A stretch of 64,000 nt of DNA from Blastocladiella emersonii ATCC 22665. Lineage: Eukaryota > Fungi > Blastocladiomycota. Under the pieces are notes generated by a model, which saw nothing but the letters and a program-made list of their open reading frames with translations, did not search any database and was not told where the DNA came from. Shown here piece by piece: positions 8,223-23,700 of this stretch. The translations under genes were made by a program, and so were the position numbers. Each line of letters opens with the position of its first letter. Position 1 is the first letter of the stretch. The DNA is taken from positions 379,893-443,892 of the forward strand of contig JANHCV010000017.1 of assembly GCA_025594325.1 (NCBI GenBank), written 5' to 3'.

Positions 8223-9188
8223 GATCACAATATGCACGCAATGAATTGACTGATGATAGGGATGTACCAAACCAGCCACGTAGACAATTGTCGTGGTTGT
8301 CGAACAAAACCATATTCAAATCTTTGGCAACGCGCCTGTCCAGCTAGCCAGGGACCCATGAATCACAGTATCGACCCAACAAGATATTTGACCATGGAAA
8401 CATAGTAAACCAGCCACGCGGATAATTGTCATGGTACTCAATCAAAACCATATTCATATTTTTGCTTCCCCGCATGTCAAGCTGGTTGAAGACCCATTAA
8501 TCACAGTATCGAACCAACAAAATATCTGACCATGGAAATATAGTCAACCAGCCACGCGGACAATTGTCATGGTACTCAATCGAAACCACATTCAAGTCTT
8601 TGCTCTCCCGCATGTCAAGCTGGTTGAAGGCCCATAAATCACAGTATCGACCCAACAAGATATTTGACCATGGAAATATAGTAAACCAGCCACGCGGATA
8701 ATTGTCATGGTACTCAATCAAAACCATATTCAAGTCTTTGCTTTCCCGCACGTCCAGCTGGTTGAAGGCCCATAAATCACAGTATCGACCCAACAAAGTA
8801 TCTGACAACCGAAATATAGCAGACAATCCACGCAGACAATTGTCATGCCACCTAATCAAAACCATATTCAAGTCTTTGCTTTCCCACATGTCAAGCTGGT
8901 TGAAGGCCCATAAATCACAGTATCGAACCAACGAAATATCTGACCATGGAAATATAGTAAAGCAGCCACGCAGATAATTGTCATGGTACTTAATCAAAAC
9001 CATATTCATATTTTTGCTTCCCCGCATGTCAAGCTGGTTGAAGGCCCATAAATCACAGTATCGAACGAACAAGATATCTTACCATGGAAATATAGTTAAC
9101 CAGCCACGCAAATGATTGTCATGCCACTTAATCAAAACCATACTCAAATGGTCGATTACCCTCACGTCCAAGCGGCCAAGGACCCAAA
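8223..9188. repeat. 138-bp subrepeat array, short allele (same 276-bp deletion)
   Basis: Same junction sequence. Period 2669 = 2945 - 276. Confidence 0.96.
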
Positions 9189-12100
9189 CCGCCAGATACC
9201 CAAATCTACGACCACGTTGCGCACACTCCACTAGCCAACTCTTCGATCCCCTAATTATGGAGCCCGTCGTCAAAGTCCACGGTCCAATCAACGAGGTAAA
9301 CAGCGAACTTGTCAAACTGCCAACCTGCCAACCAAACACCCACGCCGCTTCTCAAGCCACGGTGGGCCCGCGCATTTGCGTTGCCGTCCCAGCCAACGAA
9401 GGAATGACTGATGAGCCCTGGTAGCCTGCTAGACTGACAGCCTGACAGCGCCCGCTCAGTTGCTATTATCTATCTCGTAGGTAGTCTGGGAGGAGTTCGT
9501 TAGTCGATACGCGACCAGTCTCCTCCTGGCTGCCCGCTCTGCTGCCATCTCCAAGGCCCGCATGAAGATGGGCCAGGGAGGTTTACGAGCATTTCCTATC
9601 TCTCCTCTCTCCGTGTGAAACCATTCACCCGCGGACGGATGCGCACCACGCACCGTGCACCGCGCACCGCGCACCGCGCACCGCGCACCGTGCACCGCGC
9701 ACCGCGCACCGCGCACAGCGCACCGCGGACAGCGCACCGCGGACAGCGCCCGATGCACCACACGCTGCGCACACGGCGCCAACGGCCACGCTGGTGTCAC
9801 GCACACACACTCGCATGAACGGCAAGCAGGCAAGGCTTCCTCAACTCAACCATGATCCATCGTCCATGTCTGCTCGCTCCAACGGGTGCGCCTGCCTACC
9901 CTCCCAGTGCCATCGATTGATTGATTCATGTCCAGTGCTGCCCATGCTTTCATGGCCGCGGGGTCCGTCAGAACGCCTTGCAATGCGTGCGCCTGCATGC
10001 ACCTGCACTGCAGAGCGCTGCAGAGGGCTGCACAGCGCTGCGGAGGGCTGCAGAGGGCTAAGGCGGCAGGGCTTCTCCTCCTGCAGGGGACAGTACCAAG
10101 GCCAAGGAGTGCTAGTGACTACTAACGGAATGGTGATTGGCCCCCTTCACACGCTCCTGGCAGGACTGCGTGTGGGCGTGCGGGCGTTTGTGCGTGCGTG
10201 CCTTGATTCGTCCACCATCATACGCGCAAAGTGACCAAGTGACCAAGTGACCAAGTGACCAAGGTGACCAAGGTGACCAAGGTGACCAAGGTGACCAAGG
10301 TGACCAAGTGACACACAAGCACCAAGCTAGGGTGGCCGGGCGGCCATGGAACGTACTGCATGGGAACCATTACCGTGGACTGGCCGCGGCCATTTATCGC
10401 AGCACAGCCCTGCCTGGCTCAGGACGCGGCGGGCGTGGGAGGCAGGCAGGGTAGATCGGTAGCAGCAGCAGGACCTGGCTAGCTGGCTGTCAAACAACAC
10501 AAGTGAAGGGGTGCGTGAGGGAGGGTGTGTTGAATGAATGGATGGGTGGATGCAGGCAGAGAGAGACCTTCGTACGTGTCGTGGGTGATGAGGATTGGTT
10601 GGCCACCATCCACCAACGCCATGGCATGGCTGCGGGTGTCGCTGCGTGCGCCTTGGCGGGTGGTGTTGGTGGGTGGGTGGTCTTGGTGGGTGCTGTGGTG
10701 GTAGTGGAGCTAGAGTGGTGCCGTGGGGCTCTTGGGGTCCCCTTTCCTTCCTGTCTGGCCTAGGTGGGTCGGCGGACGCAGCGCGCATGCGGGCAAGGTA
10801 ACAACATTGCTCACGCAATGGATCATGTATTTTATGGCAAGTAGTCTGCGAAGCAGAGACGGGGATGTCCGGCCCAATCGGACCCTCCACGGATCACAAT
10901 ATGCACGCAATGAATTGACTGATGATAGGGATGTACCAAACCAGCCACGTAGACAATTGTCGTGGTTGTCGAACAAAACCATATTCAAATCTTTGGCAAC
11001 GCGCCTGTCCAGCTAGCCAGGGACCCATGAATCACAGTATCGACCCAACAAGATATTAGACCATGGTAATATAGTAAACCAACCTCGTACATAATTGTCA
11101 TGGTACTCAAACAAAACCATATTCAAGTCTTTGCTTTCCCGCATATCCAGCTGGCCAGGGACCCATAAATCACAGTATCGAACGAACAAGATATCTTACC
11201 ATGGAAATATAGTTAACCAGCCACGCGGACAATTGTCATGGTACTCAATCGAGACCACATTCAAGTCTTTGCTCTCCCGCATGTCAAGCTGGTTGAAGGC
11301 CCATTAATCACAGTATCGACCCAACAAGATATTTGACCATGGAAACATAGTAAACCAGCCACGCGGATAATTGTCATGGTACTCAATCAAAACCATATTC
11401 ATATTTTTGCTTCCCCGCATGTCAAGCTGGTTGAAGACCCATTAATCACAGTATCGAACCAACAAAATATCTGACCATGGAAATATAGTCAACCAGCCAC
11501 GCGGACAATTGTCATGGTACTCAATCGAAACCACATTCAAGTCTTTGCTCTCCCGCATGTCAAGCTGGTTGAAGGCCCATAAATCACAGTATCGACCCAA
11601 CAAGATATTTGACCATGGAAATATAGTAAACCAGCCACGCGGATAATTGTCATGGTACTCAATCAAAACCATATTCAAGTCTTTGCTTTCCCGCACGTCC
11701 AGCTGGTTGAAGGCCCATAAATCACAGTATCGACCCAACAAAGTATCTGACAACCGAAATATAGCAGACAATCCACGCAGACAATTGTCATGCCACCTAA
11801 TCAAAACCATATTCAAGTCTTTGCTTTCCCACATGTCAAGCTGGTTGAAGGCCCATAAATCACAGTATCGAACCAACGAAATATCTGACCATGGAAATAT
11901 AGTAAAGCAGCCACGCAGATAATTGTCATGGTACTTAATCAAAACCATATTCATATTTTTGCTTCCCCGCATGTCAAGCTGGTTGAAGGCCCATAAATCA
12001 CAGTATCGAACGAACAAGATATCTTACCATGGAAATATAGTTAACCAGCCACGCAAATGATTGTCATGCCACTTAATCAAAACCATACTCAAATGGTCGA

Positions 12101-15100
12101 TTACCCTCACGTCCAAGCGGCCAAGGACCCAAACCGCCAGATACCCAAATCTACGACCACGTTGCGCACACTCCACTAGCCAACTCTTCGATCCCCTAAT
12201 TATGGAGCCCGTCGTCAAAGTCCACGGTCCAATCAACGAGGTAAACAGCGAACTTGTCAAACTGCCAACCTGCCAACCAAACACCCACGCCGCTTCTCAA
12301 GCCACGGTGGGCCCGCGCATTTGCGTTGCCGTCCCAGCCAACGAAGGAATGACTGATGAGCCCTGGTAGCCTGCTAGACTGACAGCCTGACAGCGCCCGC
12401 TCAGTTGCTATTATCTATCTCGTAGGTAGTCTGGGAGGAGTTCGTTAGTCGATACGCGACCAGTCTCCTCCTGGCTGCCCGCTCTGCTGCCATCTCCAAG
12501 GCCCGCATGAAGATGGGCCAGGGAGGTTTACGAGCATTTCCTATCTCTCCTCTCTCCGTGTGAAACCATTCACCCGCGGACGGATGCGCACCACGCACCG
12601 TGCACCGCGCACCGCGCACCGCGCACCGCGCACCGTGCACCGCGCACCGCGCACCGCGCACAGCGCACCGCGGACAGCGCACCGCGGACAGCGCCCGATG
12701 CACCACACGCTGCGCACACGGCGCCAACGGCCACGCTGGTGTCACGCACACACACTCGCATGAACGGCAAGCAGGCAAGGCTTCCTCAACTCAACCATGA
12801 TCCATCGTCCATGTCTGCTCGCTCCAACGGGTGCGCCTGCCTACCCTCCCAGTGCCATCGATTGATTGATTCATGTCCAGTGCTGCCCATGCTTTCATGG
12901 CCGCGGGGTCCGTCAGAACGCCTTGCAATGCGTGCGCCTGCATGCACCTGCACTGCAGAGCGCTGCAGAGGGCTGCACAGCGCTGCGGAGGGCTGCAGAG
13001 GGCTAAGGCGGCAGGGCTTCTCCTCCTGCAGGGGACAGTACCAAGGCCAAGGAGTGCTAGTGACTACTAACGGAATGGTGATTGGCCCCCTTCACACGCT
13101 CCTGGCAGGACTGCGTGTGGGCGTGCGGGCGTTTGTGCGTGCGTGCCTTGATTCGTCCACCATCATACGCGCAAAGTGACCAAGTGACCAAGTGACCAAG
13201 TGACCAAGGTGACCAAGGTGACCAAGGTGACCAAGGTGACCAAGGTGACCAAGTGACACACAAGCACCAAGCTAGGGTGGCCGGGCGGCCATGGAACGTA
13301 CTGCATGGGAACCATTACCGTGGACTGGCCGCGGCCATTTATCGCAGCACAGCCCTGCCTGGCTCAGGACGCGGCGGGCGTGGGAGGCAGGCAGGGTAGA
13401 TCGGTAGCAGCAGCAGGACCTGGCTAGCTGGCTGTCAAACAACACAAGTGAAGGGGTGCGTGAGGGAGGGTGTGTTGAATGAATGGATGGGTGGATGCAG
13501 GCAGAGAGAGACCTTCGTACGTGTCGTGGGTGATGAGGATTGGTTGGCCACCATCCACCAACGCCATGGCATGGCTGCGGGTGTCGCTGCGTGCGCCTTG
13601 GCGGGTGGTGTTGGTGGGTGGGTGGTCTTGGTGGGTGCTGTGGTGGTAGTGGAGCTAGAGTGGTGCCGTGGGGCTCTTGGGGTCCCCTTTCCTTCCTGTC
13701 TGGCCTAGGTGGGTCGGCGGACGCAGCGCGCATGCGGGCAAGGTAACAACATTGCTCACGCAATGGATCATGTATTTTATGGCAAGTAGTCTGCGAAGCA
13801 GAGACGGGGATGTCCGGCCCAATCGGACCCTCCACGGATCACAATATGCACGCAATGAATTGACTGATGATAGGGATGTACCAAACCAGCCACGTAGACA
13901 ATTGTCGTGGTTGTCGAACAAAACCATATTCAAATCTTTGGCAACGCGCCTGTCCAGCTAGCCAGGGACCCATGAATCACAGTATCGACCCAACAAGATA
14001 TTAGACCATGGTAATATAGTAAACCAACCTCGTACATAATTGTCATGGTACTCAAACAAAACCATATTCAAGTCTTTGCTTTCCCGCATATCCAGCTGGC
14101 CAGGGACCCATAAATCACAGTATCGAACGAACAAGATATCTTACCATGGAAATATAGTTAACCAGCCACGCGGACAATTGTCATGGTACTCAATCGAGAC
14201 CACATTCAAGTCTTTGCTCTCCCGCATGTCAAGCTGGTTGAAGGCCCATTAATCACAGTATCGACCCAACAAGATATTTGACCATGGAAACATAGTAAAC
14301 CAGCCACGCGGATAATTGTCATGGTACTCAATCAAAACCATATTCATATTTTTGCTTCCCCGCATGTCAAGCTGGTTGAAGACCCATTAATCACAGTATC
14401 GAACCAACAAAATATCTGACCATGGAAATATAGTCAACCAGCCACGCGGACAATTGTCATGGTACTCAATCGAAACCACATTCAAGTCTTTGCTCTCCCG
14501 CATGTCAAGCTGGTTGAAGGCCCATAAATCACAGTATCGACCCAACAAGATATTTGACCATGGAAATATAGTAAACCAGCCACGCGGATAATTGTCATGG
14601 TACTCAATCAAAACCATATTCAAGTCTTTGCTTTCCCGCACGTCCAGCTGGTTGAAGGCCCATAAATCACAGTATCGACCCAACAAAGTATCTGACAACC
14701 GAAATATAGCAGACAATCCACGCAGACAATTGTCATGCCACCTAATCAAAACCATATTCAAGTCTTTGCTTTCCCACATGTCAAGCTGGTTGAAGGCCCA
14801 TAAATCACAGTATCGAACCAACGAAATATCTGACCATGGAAATATAGTAAAGCAGCCACGCAGATAATTGTCATGGTACTTAATCAAAACCATATTCATA
14901 TTTTTGCTTCCCCGCATGTCAAGCTGGTTGAAGGCCCATAAATCACAGTATCGAACGAACAAGATATCTTACCATGGAAATATAGTTAACCAGCCACGCA
15001 AATGATTGTCATGCCACTTAATCAAAACCATACTCAAATGGTCGATTACCCTCACGTCCAAGCGGCCAAGGACCCAAACCGCCAGATACCCAAATCTACG

Positions 15101-16804
15101 ACCACGTTGCGCACACTCCACTAGCCAACTCTTCGATCCCCTAATTATGGAGCCCGTCGTCAAAGTCCACGGTCCAATCAACGAGGTAAACAGCGAACTT
15201 GTCAAACTGCCAACCTGCCAACCAAACACCCACGCCGCTTCTCAAGCCACGGTGGGCCCGCGCATTTGCGTTGCCGTCCCAGCCAACGAAGGAATGACTG
15301 ATGAGCCCTGGTAGCCTGCTAGACTGACAGCCTGACAGCGCCCGCTCAGTTGCTATTATCTATCTCGTAGGTAGTCTGGGAGGAGTTCGTTAGTCGATAC
15401 GCGACCAGTCTCCTCCTGGCTGCCCGCTCTGCTGCCATCTCCAAGGCCCGCATGAAGATGGGCCAGGGAGGTTTACGAGCATTTCCTATCTCTCCTCTCT
15501 CCGTGTGAAACCATTCACCCGCGGACGGATGCGCACCACGCACCGTGCACCGCGCACCGCGCACCGCGCACCGCGCACCGTGCACCGCGCACCGCGCACC
15601 GCGCACCGCGCACCGCGCACCGCGCACAGCGCACCGCGGACAGCGCCCGATGCACCACACGCTGCGCACACGGCGCCAACGGCCACGCTGGTGTCACGCA
15701 CACACACTCGCATGAACGGCAAGCAGGCAAGGCTTCCTCAACTCAACCATGATCCATCGTCCATGTCTGCTCGCTCCAACGGGTGCGCCTGCCTACCCTC
15801 CCAGTGCCATCGATTGATTGATTCATGTCCAGTGCTGCCCATGCTTTCATGGCCGCGGGGTCCGTCAGAACGCCTTGCAATGCGTGCGCCTGCATGCACC
15901 TGCACTGCAGAGCGCTGCAGAGGGCTGCACAGCGCTGCGGAGGGCTGCAGAGGGCTAAGGCGGCAGGGCTTCTCCTCCTGCAGGGGACAGTACCAAGGCC
16001 AAGGAGTGCTAGTGACTACTAACGGAATGGTGATTGGCCCCCTTCACACGCTCCTGGCAGGACTGCGTGTGGGCGTGCGGGCGTTTGTGCGTGCGTGCCT
16101 TGATTCGTCCACCATCATACGCGCAAAGTGACCAAGTGACCAAGTGACCAAGTGACCAAGTGACCAAGTGACCAAGGTGACCAAGGTGACCAAGGTGACC
16201 AAGGTGACCAAGGTGACCAAGTGACACACAAGCACCAAGCTAGGGTGGCCGGGCGGCCATGGAACGTACTGCATGGGAACCATTACCGTGGACTGGCCGC
16301 GGCCATTTATCGCAGCACAGCCCTGCCTGGCTCAGGACGCGGCGGGCGTGGGAGGCAGGCAGGGTAGATCGGTAGCAGCAGCAGGACCTGGCTAGCTGGC
16401 TGTCAAACAACACAAGTGAAGGGGTGCGTGAGGGAGGGTGTGTTGAATGAATGGATGGGTGGATGCAGGCAGAGAGAGACCTTCGTACGTGTCGTGGGTG
16501 ATGAGGATTGGTTGGCCACCATCCACCAACGCCATGGCATGGCTGCGGGTGTCGCTGCGTGCGCCTTGGCGGGTGGTGTTGGTGGGTGGGTGGTCTTGGT
16601 GGGTGCTGTGGTGGTAGTGGAGCTAGAGTGGTGCCGTGGGGCTCTTGGGGTCCCCTTTCCTTCCTGTCTGGCCTAGGTGGGTCGGCGGACGCAGCGCGCA
16701 TGCGGGCAAGGTAACAACATTGCTCACGCAATGGATCATGTATTTTATGGCAAGTAGTCTGCGAAGCAGAGACGGGGATGTCCGGCCCAATCGGACCCTC
16801 CACG

Positions 16805-17770
16805 GATCACAATATGCACGCAATGAATTGACTGATGATAGGGATGTACCAAACCAGCCACGTAGACAATTGTCGTGGTTGTCGAACAAAACCATATTCA
16901 AATCTTTGGCAACGCGCCTGTCCAGCTAGCCAGGGACCCATGAATCACAGTATCGACCCAACAAGATATTTGACCATGGAAACATAGTAAACCAGCCACG
17001 CGGATAATTGTCATGGTACTCAATCAAAACCATATTCATATTTTTGCTTCCCCGCATGTCAAGCTGGTTGAAGACCCATTAATCACAGTATCGAACCAAC
17101 AAAATATCTGACCATGGAAATATAGTCAACCAGCCACGCGGACAATTGTCATGGTACTCAATCGAAACCACATTCAAGTCTTTGCTCTCCCGCATGTCAA
17201 GCTGGTTGAAGGCCCATAAATCACAGTATCGACCCAACAAGATATTTGACCATGGAAATATAGTAAACCAGCCACGCGGATAATTGTCATGGTACTCAAT
17301 CAAAACCATATTCAAGTCTTTGCTTTCCCGCACGTCCAGCTGGTTGAAGGCCCATAAATCACAGTATCGACCCAACAAAGTATCTGACAACCGAAATATA
17401 GCAGACAATCCACGCAGACAATTGTCATGCCACCTAATCAAAACCATATTCAAGTCTTTGCTTTCCCACATGTCAAGCTGGTTGAAGGCCCATAAATCAC
17501 AGTATCGAACCAACGAAATATCTGACCATGGAAATATAGTAAAGCAGCCACGCAGATAATTGTCATGGTACTTAATCAAAACCATATTCATATTTTTGCT
17601 TCCCCGCATGTCAAGCTGGTTGAAGGCCCATAAATCACAGTATCGAACGAACAAGATATCTTACCATGGAAATATAGTTAACCAGCCACGCAAATGATTG
17701 TCATGCCACTTAATCAAAACCATACTCAAATGGTCGATTACCCTCACGTCCAAGCGGCCAAGGACCCAAA
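16805..17770. repeat. 138-bp subrepeat array, short allele (same 276-bp deletion)
   Basis: Same junction sequence. Period 2692. Confidence 0.96.
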
Positions 17771-20700
17771 CCGCCAGATACCCAAATCTACGACCACGTT
17801 GCGCACACTCCACTAGCCAACTCTTCGATCCCCTAATTATGGAGCCCGTCGTCAAAGTCCACGGTCCAATCAACGAGGTAAACAGCGAACTTGTCAAACT
17901 GCCAACCTGCCAACCAAACACCCACGCCGCTTCTCAAGCCACGGTGGGCCCGCGCATTTGCGTTGCCGTCCCAGCCAACGAAGGAATGACTGATGAGCCC
18001 TGGTAGCCTGCTAGACTGACAGCCTGACAGCGCCCGCTCAGTTGCTATTATCTATCTCGTAGGTAGTCTGGGAGGAGTTCGTTAGTCGATACGCGACCAG
18101 TCTCCTCCTGGCTGCCCGCTCTGCTGCCATCTCCAAGGCCCGCATGAAGATGGGCCAGGGAGGTTTACGAGCATTTCCTATCTCTCCTCTCTCCGTGTGA
18201 AACCATTCACCCGCGGACGGATGCGCACCACGCACCGTGCACCGCGCACCGCGCACCGCGCACCGCGCACCGTGCACCGCGCACCGCGCACCGCGCACCG
18301 CGCACCGCGCACCGCGCACAGCGCACCGCGGACAGCGCCCGATGCACCACACGCTGCGCACACGGCGCCAACGGCCACGCTGGTGTCACGCACACACACT
18401 CGCATGAACGGCAAGCAGGCAAGGCTTCCTCAACTCAACCATGATCCATCGTCCATGTCTGCTCGCTCCAACGGGTGCGCCTGCCTACCCTCCCAGTGCC
18501 ATCGATTGATTGATTCATGTCCAGTGCTGCCCATGCTTTCATGGCCGCGGGGTCCGTCAGAACGCCTTGCAATGCGTGCGCCTGCATGCACCTGCACTGC
18601 AGAGCGCTGCAGAGGGCTGCACAGCGCTGCGGAGGGCTGCAGAGGGCTAAGGCGGCAGGGCTTCTCCTCCTGCAGGGGACAGTACCAAGGCCAAGGAGTG
18701 CTAGTGACTACTAACGGAATGGTGATTGGCCCCCTTCACACGCTCCTGGCAGGACTGCGTGTGGGCGTGCGGGCGTTTGTGCGTGCGTGCCTTGATTCGT
18801 CCACCATCATACGCGCAAAGTGACCAAGTGACCAAGTGACCAAGTGACCAAGTGACCAAGTGACCAAGGTGACCAAGGTGACCAAGGTGACCAAGGTGAC
18901 CAAGGTGACCAAGTGACACACAAGCACCAAGCTAGGGTGGCCGGGCGGCCATGGAACGTACTGCATGGGAACCATTACCGTGGACTGGCCGCGGCCATTT
19001 ATCGCAGCACAGCCCTGCCTGGCTCAGGACGCGGCGGGCGTGGGAGGCAGGCAGGGTAGATCGGTAGCAGCAGCAGGACCTGGCTAGCTGGCTGTCAAAC
19101 AACACAAGTGAAGGGGTGCGTGAGGGAGGGTGTGTTGAATGAATGGATGGGTGGATGCAGGCAGAGAGAGACCTTCGTACGTGTCGTGGGTGATGAGGAT
19201 TGGTTGGCCACCATCCACCAACGCCATGGCATGGCTGCGGGTGTCGCTGCGTGCGCCTTGGCGGGTGGTGTTGGTGGGTGGGTGGTCTTGGTGGGTGCTG
19301 TGGTGGTAGTGGAGCTAGAGTGGTGCCGTGGGGCTCTTGGGGTCCCCTTTCCTTCCTGTCTGGCCTAGGTGGGTCGGCGGACGCAGCGCGCATGCGGGCA
19401 AGGTAACAACATTGCTCACGCAATGGATCATGTATTTTATGGCAAGTAGTCTGCGAAGCAGAGACGGGGATGTCCGGCCCAATCGGACCCTCCACGGATC
19501 ACAATATGCACGCAATGAATTGACTGATGATAGGGATGTACCAAACCAGCCACGTAGACAATTGTCGTGGTTGTCGAACAAAACCATATTCAAATCTTTG
19601 GCAACGCGCCTGTCCAGCTAGCCAGGGACCCATGAATCACAGTATCGACCCAACAAGATATTAGACCATGGTAATATAGTAAACCAACCTCGTACATAAT
19701 TGTCATGGTACTCAAACAAAACCATATTCAAGTCTTTGCTTTCCCGCATATCCAGCTGGCCAGGGACCCATAAATCACAGTATCGAACGAACAAGATATC
19801 TTACCATGGAAATATAGTTAACCAGCCACGCGGACAATTGTCATGGTACTCAATCGAGACCACATTCAAGTCTTTGCTCTCCCGCATGTCAAGCTGGTTG
19901 AAGGCCCATTAATCACAGTATCGACCCAACAAGATATTTGACCATGGAAACATAGTAAACCAGCCACGCGGATAATTGTCATGGTACTCAATCAAAACCA
20001 TATTCATATTTTTGCTTCCCCGCATGTCAAGCTGGTTGAAGACCCATCAATCACAGTATCGAACCAACAAAATATCTGACCATGGAAATATAGTCAACCA
20101 GCCACGCGGACAATTGTCATGGTACTCAATCGAAACCACATTCAAGTCTTTGCTCTCCCGCATGTCAAGCTGGTTGAAGGCCCATAAATCACAGTATCGA
20201 CCCAACAAGATATTTGACCATGGAAATATAGTAAACCAGCCACGCGGATAATTGTCATGGTACTCAATCAAAACCATATTCAAGTCTTTGCTTTCCCGCA
20301 CGTCCAGCTGGTTGAAGGCCCATAAATCACAGTATCGACCCAACAAAGTATCTGACAACCGAAATATAGCAGACAATCCACGCAGACAATTGTCATGCCA
20401 CCTAATCAAAACCATATTCAAGTCTTTGCTTTCCCACATGTCAAGCTGGTTGAAGGCCCATAAATCACAGTATCGAACCAACGAAATATCTGACCATGGA
20501 AATATAGTAAAGCAGCCACGCAGATAATTGTCATGGTACTTAATCAAAACCATATTCATATTTTTGCTTCCCCGCATGTCAAGCTGGTTGAAGGCCCATA
20601 AATCACAGTATCGAACGAACAAGATATCTTACCATGGAAATATAGTTAACCAGCCACGCAAATGATTGTCATGCCACTTAATCAAAACCATACTCAAATG

Positions 20701-23700
20701 GTCGATTACCCTCACGTCCAAGCGGCCAAGGACCCAAACCGCCAGATACCCAAATCTACGACCACGTTGCGCACACTCCACTAGCCAACTCTTCGATCCC
20801 CTAATTATGGAGCCCGTCGTCAAAGTCCACGGTCCAATCAACGAGGTAAACAGCGAACTTGTCAAACTGCCAACCTGCCAACCAAACACCCACGCCGCTT
20901 CTCAAGCCACGGTGGGCCCGCGCATTTGCGTTGCCGTCCCAGCCAACGAAGGAATGACTGATGAGCCCTGGTAGCCTGCTAGACTGACAGCCTGACAGCG
21001 CCCGCTCAGTTGCTATTATCTATCTCGTAGGTAGTCTGGGAGGAGTTCGTTAGTCGATACGCGACCAGTCTCCTCCTGGCTGCCCGCTCTGCTGCCATCT
21101 CCAAGGCCCGCATGAAGATGGGCCAGGGAGGTTTACGAGCATTTCCTATCTCTCCTCTCTCCGTGTGAAACCATTCACCCGCGGACGGATGCGCACCACG
21201 CACCGTGCACCGCGCACCGCGCACCGCGCACCGCGCACCGTGCACCGCGCACCGCGCACCGCGCACCGCGCACCGCGCACCGCGCACAGCGCACCGCGGA
21301 CAGCGCCCGATGCACCACACGCTGCGCACACGGCGCCAACGGCCACGCTGGTGTCACGCACACACACTCGCATGAACGGCAAGCAGGCAAGGCTTCCTCA
21401 ACTCAACCATGATCCATCGTCCATGTCTGCTCGCTCCAACGGGTGCGCCTGCCTACCCTCCCAGTGCCATCGATTGATTGATTCATGTCCAGTGCTGCCC
21501 ATGCTTTCATGGCCGCGGGGTCCGTCAGAACGCCTTGCAATGCGTGCGCCTGCATGCACCTGCACTGCAGAGCGCTGCAGAGGGCTGCACAGCGCTGCGG
21601 AGGGCTGCAGAGGGCTAAGGCGGCAGGGCTTCTCCTCCTGCAGGGGACAGTACCAAGGCCAAGGAGTGCTAGTGACTACTAACGGAATGGTGATTGGCCC
21701 CCTTCACACGCTCCTGGCAGGACTGCGTGTGGGCGTGCGGGCGTTTGTGCGTGCGTGCCTTGATTCGTCCACCATCATACGCGCAAAGTGACCAAGTGAC
21801 CAAGTGACCAAGTGACCAAGTGACCAAGTGACCAAGGTGACCAAGGTGACCAAGGTGACCAAGGTGACCAAGGTGACCAAGTGACACACAAGCACCAAGC
21901 TAGGGTGGCCGGGCGGCCATGGAACGTACTGCATGGGAACCATTACCGTGGACTGGCCGCGGCCATTTATCGCAGCACAGCCCTGCCTGGCTCAGGACGC
22001 GGCGGGCGTGGGAGGCAGGCAGGGTAGATCGGTAGCAGCAGCAGGACCTGGCTAGCTGGCTGTCAAACAACACAAGTGAAGGGGTGCGTGAGGGAGGGTG
22101 TGTTGAATGAATGGATGGGTGGATGCAGGCAGAGAGAGACCTTCGTACGTGTCGTGGGTGATGAGGATTGGTTGGCCACCATCCACCAACGCCATGGCAT
22201 GGCTGCGGGTGTCGCTGCGTGCGCCTTGGCGGGTGGTGTTGGTGGGTGGGTGGTCTTGGTGGGTGCTGTGGTGGTAGTGGAGCTAGAGTGGTGCCGTGGG
22301 GCTCTTGGGGTCCCCTTTCCTTCCTGTCTGGCCTAGGTGGGTCGGCGGACGCAGCGCGCATGCGGGCAAGGTAACAACATTGCTCACGCAATGGATCATG
22401 TATTTTATGGCAAGTAGTCTGCGAAGCAGAGACGGGGATGTCCGGCCCAATCGGACCCTCCACGGATCACAATATGCACGCAATGAATTGACTGATGATA
22501 GGGATGTACCAAACCAGCCACGTAGACAATTGTCGTGGTTGTCGAACAAAACCATATTCAAATCTTTGGCAACGCGCCTGTCCAGCTAGCCAGGGACCCA
22601 TGAATCACAGTATCGACCCAACAAGATATTAGACCATGGTAATATAGTAAACCAACCTCGTACATAATTGTCATGGTACTCAAACAAAACCATATTCAAG
22701 TCTTTGCTTTCCCGCATATCCAGCTGGCCAGGGACCCATAAATCACAGTATCGAACGAACAAGATATCTTACCATGGAAATATAGTTAACCAGCCACGCG
22801 GACAATTGTCATGGTACTCAATCGAGACCACATTCAAGTCTTTGCTCTCCCGCATGTCAAGCTGGTTGAAGGCCCATTAATCACAGTATCGACCCAACAA
22901 GATATTTGACCATGGAAACATAGTAAACCAGCCACGCGGATAATTGTCATGGTACTCAATCAAAACCATATTCATATTTTTGCTTCCCCGCATGTCAAGC
23001 TGGTTGAAGACCCATTAATCACAGTATCGAACCAACAAAATATCTGACCATGGAAATATAGTTAACCAGCCACGCGGACAATTGTCATGGTACTCAATCG
23101 AAACCACATTCAAGTCTTTGCTCTCCCGCATGTCAAGCTGGTTGAAGGCCCATTAATCACAGTATCGACCCAACAAGATATTTGACCATGGAAATATAGT
23201 AAACCAGCCACGCGGATAATTGTCATGGTACTCAATCAAAACCATATTCAAGTCTTTGCTTTCCCGCACGTCCAGCTGGTTGAAGGCCCATAAATCACAG
23301 TATCGACCCAACAAAGTATCTGACAACCGAAATATAGCAGACAATCCACGCAGACAATTGTCATGCCACCTAATCAAAACCATATTCAAGTCTTTGCTTT
23401 CCCACATGTCAAGCTGGTTGAAGGCCCATAAATCACAGTATCGAACCAACGAAATATCTGACCATGGAAATATAGTAAAGCAGCCACGCAGATAATTGTC
23501 ATGGTACTTAATCAAAACCATATTCATATTTTTGCTTCCCCGCATGTCAAGCTGGTTGAAGGCCCATAAATCACAGTATCGAACGAACAAGATATCTTAC
23601 CATGGAAATATAGTTAACCAGCCACGCAAATGATTGTCATGCCACTTAATCAAAACCATACTCAAATGGTCGATTACCCTCACGTCCAAGCGGCCAAGGA

